NCBI GenBank assembly: GCA_015709655.1
Contig: CP054181.1
Location: forward strand, 15,327-79,326
Direction of reading: 5' to 3'
Length of the DNA: 64,000 nucleotides
From: Ignavibacteria bacterium
GTDB taxonomy: Bacteria; Bacteroidota; Ignavibacteria; Kapaibacteriales; Kapaibacteriaceae
The notes beneath the pieces were generated by a model, which was given only the letters and a program-made list of their open reading frames with translations, did not search any database and had not been told where the DNA came from. The translations under genes were made by a program, and so were the position numbers. Shown here piece after piece: positions 41,504 to 51,102 of the stretch; positions within the stretch are counted from its first letter, which is position 1, and the number at the start of each line of letters is the position of its first letter.

Positions 41504-42160
41504 TCACCCGGCAGAAACATTGTTTGTAGTCTGATCTCGTAGCAATTTATCTACCAAATTACTTGTAAAAACTCCCTGGAGTGCACTAGTGAGCTCCGGA
41601 TATTTCTTTAATAGATGTTTTAGGTCATTAAAGTTCCACATAAGGTAGCGTGACGGTACAACAGTCTGAACAGTCGCCGAAGCAGGATTACCCGAAACAA
41701 ACGCCATCTCCCCAACAAAATCACCCTGCTTACAGTAGGCTGCGATTCTGCCGTCGATTTCTACAGACGAAGCTCCGTCAGTAAGCAACATGATTTTTTC
41801 AACCGGCTTACCTTGTATTGTCAAAATATCTCCGGCTCCGGATGTAACCCATTTCCCAATCCGAATTAATCGGTAAAAGTCAACCACATTAAGCTTGCTG
41901 AATTGAGTCTGGTGGAGAATCTTTTCTTCCGCCGTGAGTTTAGCTCGTTGCTTTTCGTAGATCAGGATCCCTCCCTGGACAACATTAACAAGCGTAAACA
42001 GACCTTCCCAGGCAACCATTCCCATTTCTCCTATGTGCCAGTCATAGATTATTCCGGTTAACCCACCGGCAATGGCTAGTAAACGCAAGGGCAGGATGGA
42101 GCGTACGAGAAATGCAACCACCATCAGTAAGTTTGACAAATGCAAAATAACTTCAAACAT
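41504..42160 (-). CDS. Membrane-anchored cyclic-nucleotide-binding (CAP-effector) domain protein
   Basis: Two to three N-terminal hydrophobic helices (LLMVVAFLV..., LLAIAGGLTGII..., LFTLVNVVQGGILIY) followed by a cNMP-binding beta-roll (GDFVGEMAFVSGNPASATVQT). Confidence 0.55.
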   Translation of the reverse strand: MFEVILHLSNLLMVVAFLVRSILPLRLLAIAGGLTGIIYDWHIGEMGMVAWEGLFTLVNVVQGGILIYEKQRAKLTAEEKILHQTQFSKLNVVDFYRLIRIGKWVTSGAGDILTIQGKPVEKIMLLTDGASSVEIDGRIAAYCKQGDFVGEMAFVSGNPASATVQTVVPSRYLMWNFNDLKHLLKKYPELTSALQGVFTSNLVDKLLRDQTTNNVSAG

Positions 42161-42279
42161 CTATTGAAGCCTTCCAAGCGACCACGTTATTAAATTAAAC
42201 GAGCTTTTAAACAACAGTTCCCAACTTAACAAAAAAAACGCGCCCATTTGACTTTTTTTCACACCAAATAACAAACAAA

Positions 42280-43662
42280 ATGATAACTGCTAACGAAAAC
42301 GCCTTGGAGCGTGCTACCCAAAATCAAACAAATAGCGAAATAGACCTGTTTACCTTTTTATCAATACCATCGGTTAGTACAAACCCCAACGAAGCAGCTA
42401 ACGTGCAACAGTGTGCAGAGTGGCTGGCTGCACATCTCAGTAGCTGCGGGTTGCAGCATACCGAAGTTATTACGACCGCCGGACACCCGATCGTTTTTGC
42501 AGAGCACCGGTGTGCTGTTCCCGATGCACCAACAATCCTGTTTTATGGTCACTACGACGTACAGCCGGTAGATCCACTGGAACTTTGGACAACACCACCG
42601 TTTACTCCAACAGTCCGTGACGGGAAAGTATTCGCCCGTGGTGCCACTGACGATAAGGGGCAGGTGTTGATACACGCCAAGGCATTACAGGCACTGATTG
42701 CCGATGGGTCGCTAGCCGTACATATCAAGATGCTGATCGAAGGCGAAGAAGAGGTTGGCAGCCCTAACCTAGCCCCCTTCATCAAGGCTAATACCCAAAA
42801 GCTTGCCTGTGATGCCGTTGTTATCAGCGATACGGCAATGTTTGCACCAAACAGACCAAGCCTGGTGGTTGGGCTGCGAGGACTGGCTTACGTTGAAATT
42901 CATGTTCAGGGACCCAACAGAGACCTTCATAGTGGCGCGTACGGCGGACCGGTTGTAAACCCTCTCAATGCACTGTGCTCCATAATAGCATCAATGCGTA
43001 ACGACGACGGCAGTATTGCCATTGATGGCTTTTATACTGACGTCCTTGAACTAACTCCGGAAGAAAAAGGAGAGATCGCAGACCTGGGTTCTATGGATGA
43101 CAGGCTGATTGCTGACGTTGGTGTCACCGCCCTTGGTGGCGAAAAAACATATAGCACGCTTGAAAAGCTGTGGGTGAGGCCAACGCTGGATCTGAACGGC
43201 ATCTCAGGGGGGTATCAGGCAGCTGGAGCCAAAACCGTTCTGCCAGCGAAAGCGATGGCAAAGCTAAGTATGCGACTTGTTCCAAACCAGAAACCCGAAC
43301 ACATCGTTGAACTTGTTCGCAAACATGTGCAGCAGCACGCTCCGAAGGGTGTAACCGTTTCCGTTGTGGACCTACACGGAGCAAATCCAGTGTATGTAAA
43401 CCGGGATAATGCAGCCACAAGAGCAGCGAAGGATGCACTGGAAAAAACATTCGGTGTGCCCTGTGTATTTCAGAGAGAAGGGGGCTCGATTCCAGTTGTT
43501 GACCTCTTTACATCGGTTTTACAAGTTCCTGCCGTCCTCATGGGCTTTGGTTTAAACACCGAAAACCTTCATTCACCGAATGAGCACTTTCACCTTGCAA
43601 ATTTCCATAAGGGTATCGAAGCCTGCATTCGCTTTTATTCATCAGTACAGGACTTTGAGTGA
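42280..43662 (+). CDS. M20 family dipeptidase (ArgE/DapE/PepV/CNDP-like)
   Basis: GHYDVQP metal-binding motif, LIEGEEEVGS, and an M20 dimerisation-domain pattern. 460 aa. Confidence 0.7.
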   Translation: MITANENALERATQNQTNSEIDLFTFLSIPSVSTNPNEAANVQQCAEWLAAHLSSCGLQHTEVITTAGHPIVFAEHRCAVPDAPTILFYGHYDVQPVDPLELWTTPPFTPTVRDGKVFARGATDDKGQVLIHAKALQALIADGSLAVHIKMLIEGEEEVGSPNLAPFIKANTQKLACDAVVISDTAMFAPNRPSLVVGLRGLAYVEIHVQGPNRDLHSGAYGGPVVNPLNALCSIIASMRNDDGSIAIDGFYTDVLELTPEEKGEIADLGSMDDRLIADVGVTALGGEKTYSTLEKLWVRPTLDLNGISGGYQAAGAKTVLPAKAMAKLSMRLVPNQKPEHIVELVRKHVQQHAPKGVTVSVVDLHGANPVYVNRDNAATRAAKDALEKTFGVPCVFQREGGSIPVVDLFTSVLQVPAVLMGFGLNTENLHSPNEHFHLANFHKGIEACIRFYSSVQDFE

Positions 43663-44546
43663 CACGGTTACGGGCTGAAGCATATTTGCTAACAGCAACT
43701 GCACTATGGTCAGCAACATTTTTATTAACTCAAGCCTCATTTCAATTCATTTCTCCGTCAGGCTTCGTTTTCTTTAGGTTCTGTATTGCCATTGTGGTAT
43801 CAGTTGCTCTATGGCATGGCTCACTACGATCGTTAACACCCGGCCTGCTTATTTACGGTATCGGACTTGGTGTTTTATATGGTATCGGATTTGTGCTGCA
43901 GAGTATCGCTCTTCAAGATGTTTCAACTACAACATCCGCCTTTATTACAGGAACAACTGTTGTGTTCATTCCATTTATCTACCGGATGTTTTATCGTAAG
44001 CGGATACCTGGAATACATTGGCTTGGGGCAGCAGCGGTATTATTGGGGTTATTCCTGTTTACTGAACCCGAGTATGGTGGGGTTGGTCTAGGTGACATCC
44101 TCACGATGGTCAGTGCAGTTGGCTGGGCAGGCTACATCGTAATGCTTGACAAGCTCACAACAGCATACTCCGGCTCTGATGGGGCCATTAACCTGCTGAT
44201 CATCATTCAGTTCACGGTCACTGCACTCCTTGCTCTCCTTGCCTCGGCAATCGTGGACTCAAGTCTGGCCCCAGTGGTGTACACATCGGAATTGGTAATG
44301 ACACTCCTGTATTGCGGAATTCTGGCAACTGTCGTAACAACCTGGATTCAAACAACCAAACAGAGGTTCACCCATCCAGTTCGTGCAGGAATTATATTTT
44401 CGCTGGAGCCGATATTTGCGAGCACCCTTGCGTTGCTTCTTGCCGTTGAACAATGGAACTACCGACAGTTCACGGGTGCTGTTGTTCTTATGTTGGCCGT
44501 GGTTACTCCCGATTTATTAACCTATTACTACCGTAAAAATGACTAA
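43659..44546 (+). CDS. EamA/DMT family transporter
   Basis: 10-TM protein with duplicated EamA halves. Overlaps the peptidase stop by 4 nt. Confidence 0.6.
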   Translation: MTRLRAEAYLLTATALWSATFLLTQASFQFISPSGFVFFRFCIAIVVSVALWHGSLRSLTPGLLIYGIGLGVLYGIGFVLQSIALQDVSTTTSAFITGTTVVFIPFIYRMFYRKRIPGIHWLGAAAVLLGLFLFTEPEYGGVGLGDILTMVSAVGWAGYIVMLDKLTTAYSGSDGAINLLIIIQFTVTALLALLASAIVDSSLAPVVYTSELVMTLLYCGILATVVTTWIQTTKQRFTHPVRAGIIFSLEPIFASTLALLLAVEQWNYRQFTGAVVLMLAVVTPDLLTYYYRKND

Positions 44547-45105
44547 GGACGAGATTCGCGCAGCCGTACGTACAAAGCGATCAGCAATGACTGCACAACA
44601 AAAGGAAACGTGGGATTTGATCATCTTTGAAAGGGCTCATAAGCAACGAGCTTTTCAACTGGCAAAAGCCATTCACGTGTACATGAGTACTTCAGCCGAA
44701 ATTCAGACAAATCCATTTATCGAATATGCGTGGGGAACCGGTAAGGATGTCTATGTTCCCGTAATGATTGGCTCAGCAGATTTAACACACGTTAAGGTGA
44801 GTCGTGATACAGAATGGTCTACGGGTAGCCATGGAATACCTGAACCTATCGATGTTCGTGAATCCGTTCAGGCATCGTTTTTTGACCCTACGTGTTGTAT
44901 CGTGGTTCCGGTGGTTGCATTTAATGAGCAGTGCGATCGTCTTGGATATGGCAAAGGGTATTACGACAGATTTCTTTCACAAGCCGATGCTACGAAAATT
45001 GGTCTCGCCTACGAATTTCAAAAAACGCCACAGATGCCGGTGGACGAGCACGATGTGCCGTTAGATTGCATCGCAACCGAAGAACGATGGTACAAAAAAA
45101 ACTAA
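44539..45105 (+). CDS. 5-formyltetrahydrofolate cyclo-ligase
   Basis: Family signature GIPEP...VPVVAFNEQCDRLGYGKGYYDRFL. Confidence 0.75.
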   Translation: MTKDEIRAAVRTKRSAMTAQQKETWDLIIFERAHKQRAFQLAKAIHVYMSTSAEIQTNPFIEYAWGTGKDVYVPVMIGSADLTHVKVSRDTEWSTGSHGIPEPIDVRESVQASFFDPTCCIVVPVVAFNEQCDRLGYGKGYYDRFLSQADATKIGLAYEFQKTPQMPVDEHDVPLDCIATEERWYKKN

Positions 45106-46328
45106 TCGTAAGTCTTTATACCTTCCTTTTTACTTTCATGGGCTATACCGCCACTGCCCAGTGTTCCGACGTGTTGCTCCTGGACAACTCGCATGAAATA
45201 CTCCGGTTTGATATTGATACTACTGGACACTGGTGGGCGATTACCCGCCTTACCAAGGATAAACAAAGCCTCATCATCGACGGGCAGGATATCGGGGCGT
45301 TCGACAGCGTTCAACCACCGATTTTTAGTGTTGACGGTGAATCCTGGGCAACAGTCGGAACGGTTATGAACCAGTCCTACATCGTTGTGCCGTCAGGTAG
45401 CCGAGTCACACAGCATCACGTGGAATTTGTTACGTTTCCACCGTTATCTGCAGATCCATGGTGGATTGAAAATGACGGTACCTTACGACGAATTACCAAT
45501 GGCATGCGCAGCTATGGTTCAAGCTATCCGGTTCGAAACCTGCATTTTGACCCCCAAGGTCTTGTTGTTGCATGGATTGAAGAGCGTGGAGACCTCAGCG
45601 TGCTAGTATCTAATGGCTCTGAAGTTACCAGGGGGAATGCCATAACACTCCATGGTGTGTGGAGTTCGGGAGAGTGCATATACAGTGAACAGACTAATGA
45701 TGTAACATCAATGATGCTCGGAACCGAGGAACTTACGCCGAATATGAAACGATTGAGTACTGTCCGACTTAATAAACAATGTGATGTTGTGGCATGGCAG
45801 GGGGCTGATGCTGTTGGCCAGATTCGTACATACGTATATGCAGCCGACTACCTGAATCCATGGGAAAGCCCGCCCCTGGAAGAGTTCGATTACAGGTTTT
45901 CGTTAAGTCCGTTTGACCCACTTGTTGCTTACAGGACGGTATATCAGGGCAGCAGGGTAGTTGGTTACAACGCTGCTTTTTATCCTCAGGGGAGTTCAGC
46001 CGGCCCAACTGTGTTCTCGCATGACGGCAGCCAAATGGTTTACGCAAGTAAGGACAACGGAGAGTATATCGTGATTAACGGTAGACGCCATGCCGTAAAC
46101 GCAGCCGTTCCCATTACAACTGAGATTGCCGTTAATTCGTCCGGGACAGCTGTTGCCTGGCCAAGCAGTACAACCCTTGTTGTGGTATATCCTGAACGCA
46201 ATGTTGTACAAATGGGCAAGATGTGCGATACAGTTGGGAGCGTAATCTACAACCGCACGACCACATCCTTTGAGGCTCTGGGCGTGTACGGTGGACGGCT
46301 CTTTAAACTATCATGCAAGGCGCAGTAA
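45087..46328 (+). CDS. Secreted hypothetical protein (signal peptide, beta-rich repetitive sequence)
   Basis: Start at M53 of ORF 44931 (MVQKKLIVSLYTFLFTFMGYTATAQ). No recognisable catalytic motif. Overlaps the MTHFS stop by 19 nt. Confidence 0.5.
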   Translation: MVQKKLIVSLYTFLFTFMGYTATAQCSDVLLLDNSHEILRFDIDTTGHWWAITRLTKDKQSLIIDGQDIGAFDSVQPPIFSVDGESWATVGTVMNQSYIVVPSGSRVTQHHVEFVTFPPLSADPWWIENDGTLRRITNGMRSYGSSYPVRNLHFDPQGLVVAWIEERGDLSVLVSNGSEVTRGNAITLHGVWSSGECIYSEQTNDVTSMMLGTEELTPNMKRLSTVRLNKQCDVVAWQGADAVGQIRTYVYAADYLNPWESPPLEEFDYRFSLSPFDPLVAYRTVYQGSRVVGYNAAFYPQGSSAGPTVFSHDGSQMVYASKDNGEYIVINGRRHAVNAAVPITTEIAVNSSGTAVAWPSSTTLVVVYPERNVVQMGKMCDTVGSVIYNRTTTSFEALGVYGGRLFKLSCKAQ

Positions 46329-46338
46329 GTTTGTACCC

Positions 46339-46929
46339 ATGAACGAAGTCTATGTTGTTTGTATTGACAAACAGGATGCTAATTACAGTGTAGAGGTATC
46401 CGATACACAGAGCACCTGTAATAACCAGTCAGTTATCCTTGACAAAGGTCCCGGGATTTGGGAATACAACATTCATACCGGTGGTGCCGTTATACCTGTC
46501 TGTATTGAAACAGATGGAATGCTCAAGGCATTTGTTTCAATCCGTGGGTACCGTTATCCAGTAGAAATCTTTCGTAAAAGACACCACACACTTCTGGACA
46601 TTCTCGCATCATCGCCAGCGCTTCAGTCAAGAACAATACGGATTTCAGCACCAATGCCCGGTTTAATTAAGTCCGTATTTGTAACAAACAATTCAGTCGT
46701 TAAGAAGGGCGAAACCCTGTTTACTCTGGAAGCAATGAAAATGGAAAATGCCATCACTGCTCCGTCTGACGGCATGGTGCATGACCTACAGGTAGAAACG
46801 GGTCAGACAATTGAAAAAGGGGGGCGGCTTTGTACCCTTGCACCCTTGCACCCATTGCTTCAAACTAACAGCGTAGTCACCCGTACAAAATTACCTGCCA
46901 CGCTTCATAAACAAGATTACTTGCTATGA
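46339..46929 (+). CDS. Biotin/lipoyl-attachment (BCCP-like) domain protein
   Basis: C-terminal biotinyl domain with the EAMKM biotinylation motif (GETLFTLEAMKMENAITAPSDGMVHDL). The ~120-aa N-terminal region is unrelated. Start at M24 of ORF 46270. Confidence 0.6.
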   Translation: MNEVYVVCIDKQDANYSVEVSDTQSTCNNQSVILDKGPGIWEYNIHTGGAVIPVCIETDGMLKAFVSIRGYRYPVEIFRKRHHTLLDILASSPALQSRTIRISAPMPGLIKSVFVTNNSVVKKGETLFTLEAMKMENAITAPSDGMVHDLQVETGQTIEKGGRLCTLAPLHPLLQTNSVVTRTKLPATLHKQDYLL

Positions 46930-47800
46930 ATGCCTTGGCGATTCTATGCCGTGATATCACGTCATTGGTATTCCCAAGCCGTATAAACGCAGCCAGAGCC
47001 CCTTTCGGATTCTCGCATTTAAGTTCAATTTCTACGGAATCAGCATTAAGGGATTGAACCGACTGGATGAAGTCGGGATCTGCCTTTGGAATTTCAGGGA
47101 GGTAGGCAAGCTGTGCCAGATCGTTCCCGGTAAGAACCATACTTGTGCGGACGTCCTCAGGAAGCGCATCCATGCCCATTGGAAGGTGGGACGGCTGAAT
47201 TGCCGTAAAGATATCCCTTGTCCCGGTGTACCAGCTTAAACCCATTCTGCCCACAAGATCCATTTTAGCAGGACTGATGGTACCATTTTCCCACACACTG
47301 TCTGCAACATGAAAGGCAACAACTTCCAGGAGCATCAAATTCCCATTGCCACCAAGGTCCCGCTTGAGAGCGATACTCTCAACCAGCACACATTCCATGG
47401 CAAACGGACTCTCACCAGCGAACGGCGGCTGAACAATCCGGCTTTTCTGTTTGGTAAGACCAGATTTCTCAAACTCATCTACCGTGTCAGGGTAAGGGGC
47501 TGAGGCAAGGTTGACTCTGTGCACCATTGCTGATGTCACCGTGCTGATGGTACACTCGCCGGTATCAGTAATGTTCCGCCATGTATCCTTTTCTCTGCCC
47601 GTTTTAACTGCGGTGGCAGGCCCTATCGCCACTATCGGCGGCTTTGAAGAGAAGGCGTTGAAAAAAGAATACGGTGCAAGATTCCCGATTCCGTGAGAAT
47701 CAACTGTAGAAACCAGCGCTATTGGACGGGGAGAGACACCTGCAATGAGGAGCTGGTGCCGGTCTCGATGCTGCATCTCGTCAGGCAAAATCGTTCTCAT
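46877..47800 (-). CDS. Flavin reductase-like (FMN-binding split-barrel) domain protein with C-terminal extension
   Basis: N-terminal ~190 aa resemble the flavin reductase domain (PRPIALVSTVD...GNLAPYSFFNAFSSKPPIVAIG). The last ~110 aa are an extension of unknown function. Confidence 0.5.
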   Translation of the reverse strand: MRTILPDEMQHRDRHQLLIAGVSPRPIALVSTVDSHGIGNLAPYSFFNAFSSKPPIVAIGPATAVKTGREKDTWRNITDTGECTISTVTSAMVHRVNLASAPYPDTVDEFEKSGLTKQKSRIVQPPFAGESPFAMECVLVESIALKRDLGGNGNLMLLEVVAFHVADSVWENGTISPAKMDLVGRMGLSWYTGTRDIFTAIQPSHLPMGMDALPEDVRTSMVLTGNDLAQLAYLPEIPKADPDFIQSVQSLNADSVEIELKCENPKGALAAFIRLGNTNDVISRHRIAKAFIASNLVYEAWQVILYG

Positions 47801-47907
47801 GAGCGAAGATATGTATATTCGGCAGCCACAAATGATTACTTCGTGCTATTTTAATGCCCTCATTTAAACATAGGGGAAACGGACTTATGATAAATACTGG
47901 TCGCAGT

Positions 47908-49842
47908 ATGCGTTATTTGATAACAATCGTGACATTGGTCTCGATCATCACTTTACCTTCTTGCGGAAGGAAACAACGGACTGCTTCATCAGAGATCAAG
48001 GTTACCTGGAAGGTGTACGATACGCCTCCCGGTGCTGACCCATCTGTTCCTGACAGTTTGGGTGGTAACGGTTTCGAGAAAATTGCGGCTGACCTTGGCT
48101 ACACTACGTACGAGCCAACACAGGACGAAATGAAGTACTTTGGCGACCCAAGAGCTAAAAAGGGCGGGAGTATAACCCTGGCTGAATCCCAGTTCCCAAA
48201 CACCTTCCGTCCGGTTGGGCAAGGTTCGAACATCACGACCATATCCGAAATGTCGGGGCTTGTTTATGAAACCCTCCTGTCAACCCACCCGATTACACGA
48301 GAGTACATACCATCACTAGCAACACACTGGAAGGTTGGTGAAGACAAGAAAACCTATACGTTCCGTTTAGACCCTAATGCCCGATTTAGCGACGGTAAAC
48401 CGGTAACATCCGAAGATGTTGTAGCAACATGGAAGCTCCTCATGGACCCATCGATCCTTGAACCATCTATGCAGTTAGTGTTTGGAAAGTTCGAAGAACC
48501 GGTAGCCATAAGTAAATACATTGTTGAGGTCAAGTCAAAAACTGTCAACTTCCGTGACCTCCTCTATTTTGGTGCATCGCTCCTCATTTTACCTGCACAC
48601 GAGATTTCCAAGTTAACCGGTACTGAATTCCTCGAGAAATTTAATTTCAATATGCCTGTGGGCACAGGTCCGTACATCATCCTTGAAAAAGACATCAAGC
48701 CCGGTGCGTCATGGAAGTGTACGCGCCGGCCAGACTATTGGGCGATACAATATCCTACAGCAAAAAACTACTCGAATTTTGATTTTATCAACTATATCGT
48801 AGTAAAAGATAACATGAGGCTGTTGTATGAGAAGTTCAAAACAGGCGAAACTGACTTGTACCGTTTTAACATGCTAAGTACTGAATGGCTAATTAATGAC
48901 ACTACCTACGATGCCTTGAAAAATGGCTGGGTTCGCAGATGTCGGGTGTTTACCAACGGTCCAATGGGTACCCAGGGGATTACATTTAACATGCGAAAAC
49001 AACCATTTAGCGACAAGCGTGTACGGCAGGCCTTTATTATGGCGTATCCTCGTGAAACCTTGATTGAAAAACTGCTCTATGGTGAATATGAAGCATACGA
49101 CACCTACTATCCGAACACCGTTTATGCTAATCCATCAAACCCTCCCGTAAAGTTTGATCCACAACAAGCCTCGAAGTTGTTGGCTGAAGCAGGGTGGACC
49201 TCGCGCGATCAGAATGGTATTCTTGTGAAAAACGGACAACCATTTGTAGTAGAACTGCCGATCACGAAGGACTCCGAGCGTTGGATAACACCATACCAAC
49301 AGGAGCTTAAGAAAATTGGTGTTGATCTTAGACTGAAGTTTATGGACTGGAACTCACTCATTAAAGCTGTTGACGAGCGGAACTTTACAATTTTCCTGTA
49401 CGGATATTCAGGGTTGTTAACACCAAACCCGGAAACTTCGCTTATGAGTTCCCTTGCTGATAAAAACAATAACAATAATATTCAGGGATTCAAAAACGCC
49501 CGGGTTGATGAGTTGTTAAAAGAGTATGACTCAACCTATTCGGTACAACGTCAGATTAAAATTATTCAGGAAATCGACGGAATTGCATATAACGAGTATA
49601 TGTCCAGTTTCTGGTGGAACCCCAAGGGAATCCGGTTTGCTTACTGGGATAAATTTGGAATGCCAGAATACGGCTTGTCCAGATATGCACAGTTAGGATA
49701 CTTGTATGGTACAATCGTTAGTTCCTGGTGGTATGAACCTGAAAAGGCTGAGGCACTTAAAGAAGCCATGAAGAACAAGAAAGATCTGGGTGGTGATAAA
49801 AGCATCCGGACAATCGATTACTGGCGTAAGTTCACGAATTAG
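47908..49842 (+). CDS. ABC transporter substrate-binding lipoprotein, family 5 (oligopeptide/dipeptide OppA/DppA-type)
   Basis: Lipobox LPSCG. Family-5 SBP size (~640 aa) and pattern. Directly upstream of Opp/Dpp-type permeases. Confidence 0.7.
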   Translation: MRYLITIVTLVSIITLPSCGRKQRTASSEIKVTWKVYDTPPGADPSVPDSLGGNGFEKIAADLGYTTYEPTQDEMKYFGDPRAKKGGSITLAESQFPNTFRPVGQGSNITTISEMSGLVYETLLSTHPITREYIPSLATHWKVGEDKKTYTFRLDPNARFSDGKPVTSEDVVATWKLLMDPSILEPSMQLVFGKFEEPVAISKYIVEVKSKTVNFRDLLYFGASLLILPAHEISKLTGTEFLEKFNFNMPVGTGPYIILEKDIKPGASWKCTRRPDYWAIQYPTAKNYSNFDFINYIVVKDNMRLLYEKFKTGETDLYRFNMLSTEWLINDTTYDALKNGWVRRCRVFTNGPMGTQGITFNMRKQPFSDKRVRQAFIMAYPRETLIEKLLYGEYEAYDTYYPNTVYANPSNPPVKFDPQQASKLLAEAGWTSRDQNGILVKNGQPFVVELPITKDSERWITPYQQELKKIGVDLRLKFMDWNSLIKAVDERNFTIFLYGYSGLLTPNPETSLMSSLADKNNNNNIQGFKNARVDELLKEYDSTYSVQRQIKIIQEIDGIAYNEYMSSFWWNPKGIRFAYWDKFGMPEYGLSRYAQLGYLYGTIVSSWWYEPEKAEALKEAMKNKKDLGGDKSIRTIDYWRKFTN

Positions 49843-49860
49843 TAACCCGAGAGAAATCTG

Positions 49861-51093
49861 ATGTTTCAATATTTTGTTCGGCGTTGCTTACTGGCCATCC
49901 CAACGTTTATTGGCGCAACAATCGTCATCTTTTTTGTTGTTCAGATAGCTCCCGGTGGGGCCTACGAACAGCAACTCAATGCCCTGCGGAAGGGGCAGGG
50001 GGCTGAGGGTGCGGGATCGGCAACCGGGATGGAAGGGATGTCGTTACCACCGTCGCAACTTGAAGCACTTCAGCGTTATTATCAGGTTGACAAACCGATC
50101 TGGGAGAGATATTTAATCTGGCTGGGTCTTATGCCACGCCCCGTAAATGATTACCAAACCGAAATCGGGCAGCCGCGCAATGTTGGTAATGGTAAGCGGG
50201 TCATTGTTCAAAAAGACGCTGCAGGATACAAGGTATTTAACGCTGAAAACCCTACTGAACAGCTTACAGACTGGAACGTAGATCCGTCAAAGAAAGCCGG
50301 AAGCGTGTGGGTGTATCAAAAGAAATTTTCAGGCATTGTTACCTTTGACTTCGGGACATCATTTCAGTACCGGAAACCCGTCACGGAATTAGTACTAGAC
50401 AGAATCGATGTCTCGATGCAGTTTGGTATTATTGGATTTATCATTTCGTATATCATCAGTTTTTATCTTGGCGTACAGAAAGCTTTACGGCACGGTTCGG
50501 CCTTTGATGCCGCTTCGTCGAGTATTGTATTCCTGGCATACTCCCTCCCGGCCTTCGCAGTCGGTGCCACACTGTTGGTGCTGTTAGGTGGTGGTAGCTT
50601 CCTGTCGATCTTCCCAACCGGTGGTTTCCAGTCACCCGACTATTCCGACCTTTCCTTACTTGAGAAAATCGGTGACCGGATGTGGTATTTTGTGCTTCCG
50701 ACTGTGGCCTATACTCTGAATGGATTTGCTTCACTTACGATGCTGATGAAAAACTCGTTACTGGATACACTGGGACAGGACTATGTACGGACTGCGTATG
50801 CAAAAGGGCTCCGTGAAGACAGAGTGATTTGGATGCATGCAATGCGAAATAGTATCATCCCGCTGATTGCGTCAATTGGTGGTGTTATCGGGATTTTCCT
50901 TGCCGGAAACTATCTCATCGAGGTTGCTTTTAACATTGAAGGTATCGGCAAGCTGTCATTTGATGCGATTCTGTACCGAGACTCAAATGTGTTTTTTGCA
51001 TTTGCAATGATCTCTGTAATGATCACGATTGTTGGTTCGATGATCTCTGACTTTTTACTCGCGATGGTTGATCCACGAATTCGTTTTAGCTGA
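49861..51093 (+). CDS. ABC transporter permease (OppB/DppB-like)
   Basis: N-terminal TM segment, a long periplasmic loop, then the BPD-transporter inner-membrane core with an EAA-like loop (YVRTAYAKGL). Confidence 0.75.
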   Translation: MFQYFVRRCLLAIPTFIGATIVIFFVVQIAPGGAYEQQLNALRKGQGAEGAGSATGMEGMSLPPSQLEALQRYYQVDKPIWERYLIWLGLMPRPVNDYQTEIGQPRNVGNGKRVIVQKDAAGYKVFNAENPTEQLTDWNVDPSKKAGSVWVYQKKFSGIVTFDFGTSFQYRKPVTELVLDRIDVSMQFGIIGFIISYIISFYLGVQKALRHGSAFDAASSSIVFLAYSLPAFAVGATLLVLLGGGSFLSIFPTGGFQSPDYSDLSLLEKIGDRMWYFVLPTVAYTLNGFASLTMLMKNSLLDTLGQDYVRTAYAKGLREDRVIWMHAMRNSIIPLIASIGGVIGIFLAGNYLIEVAFNIEGIGKLSFDAILYRDSNVFFAFAMISVMITIVGSMISDFLLAMVDPRIRFS

Positions 51094-51102
51094 TAATACA
51101 TT

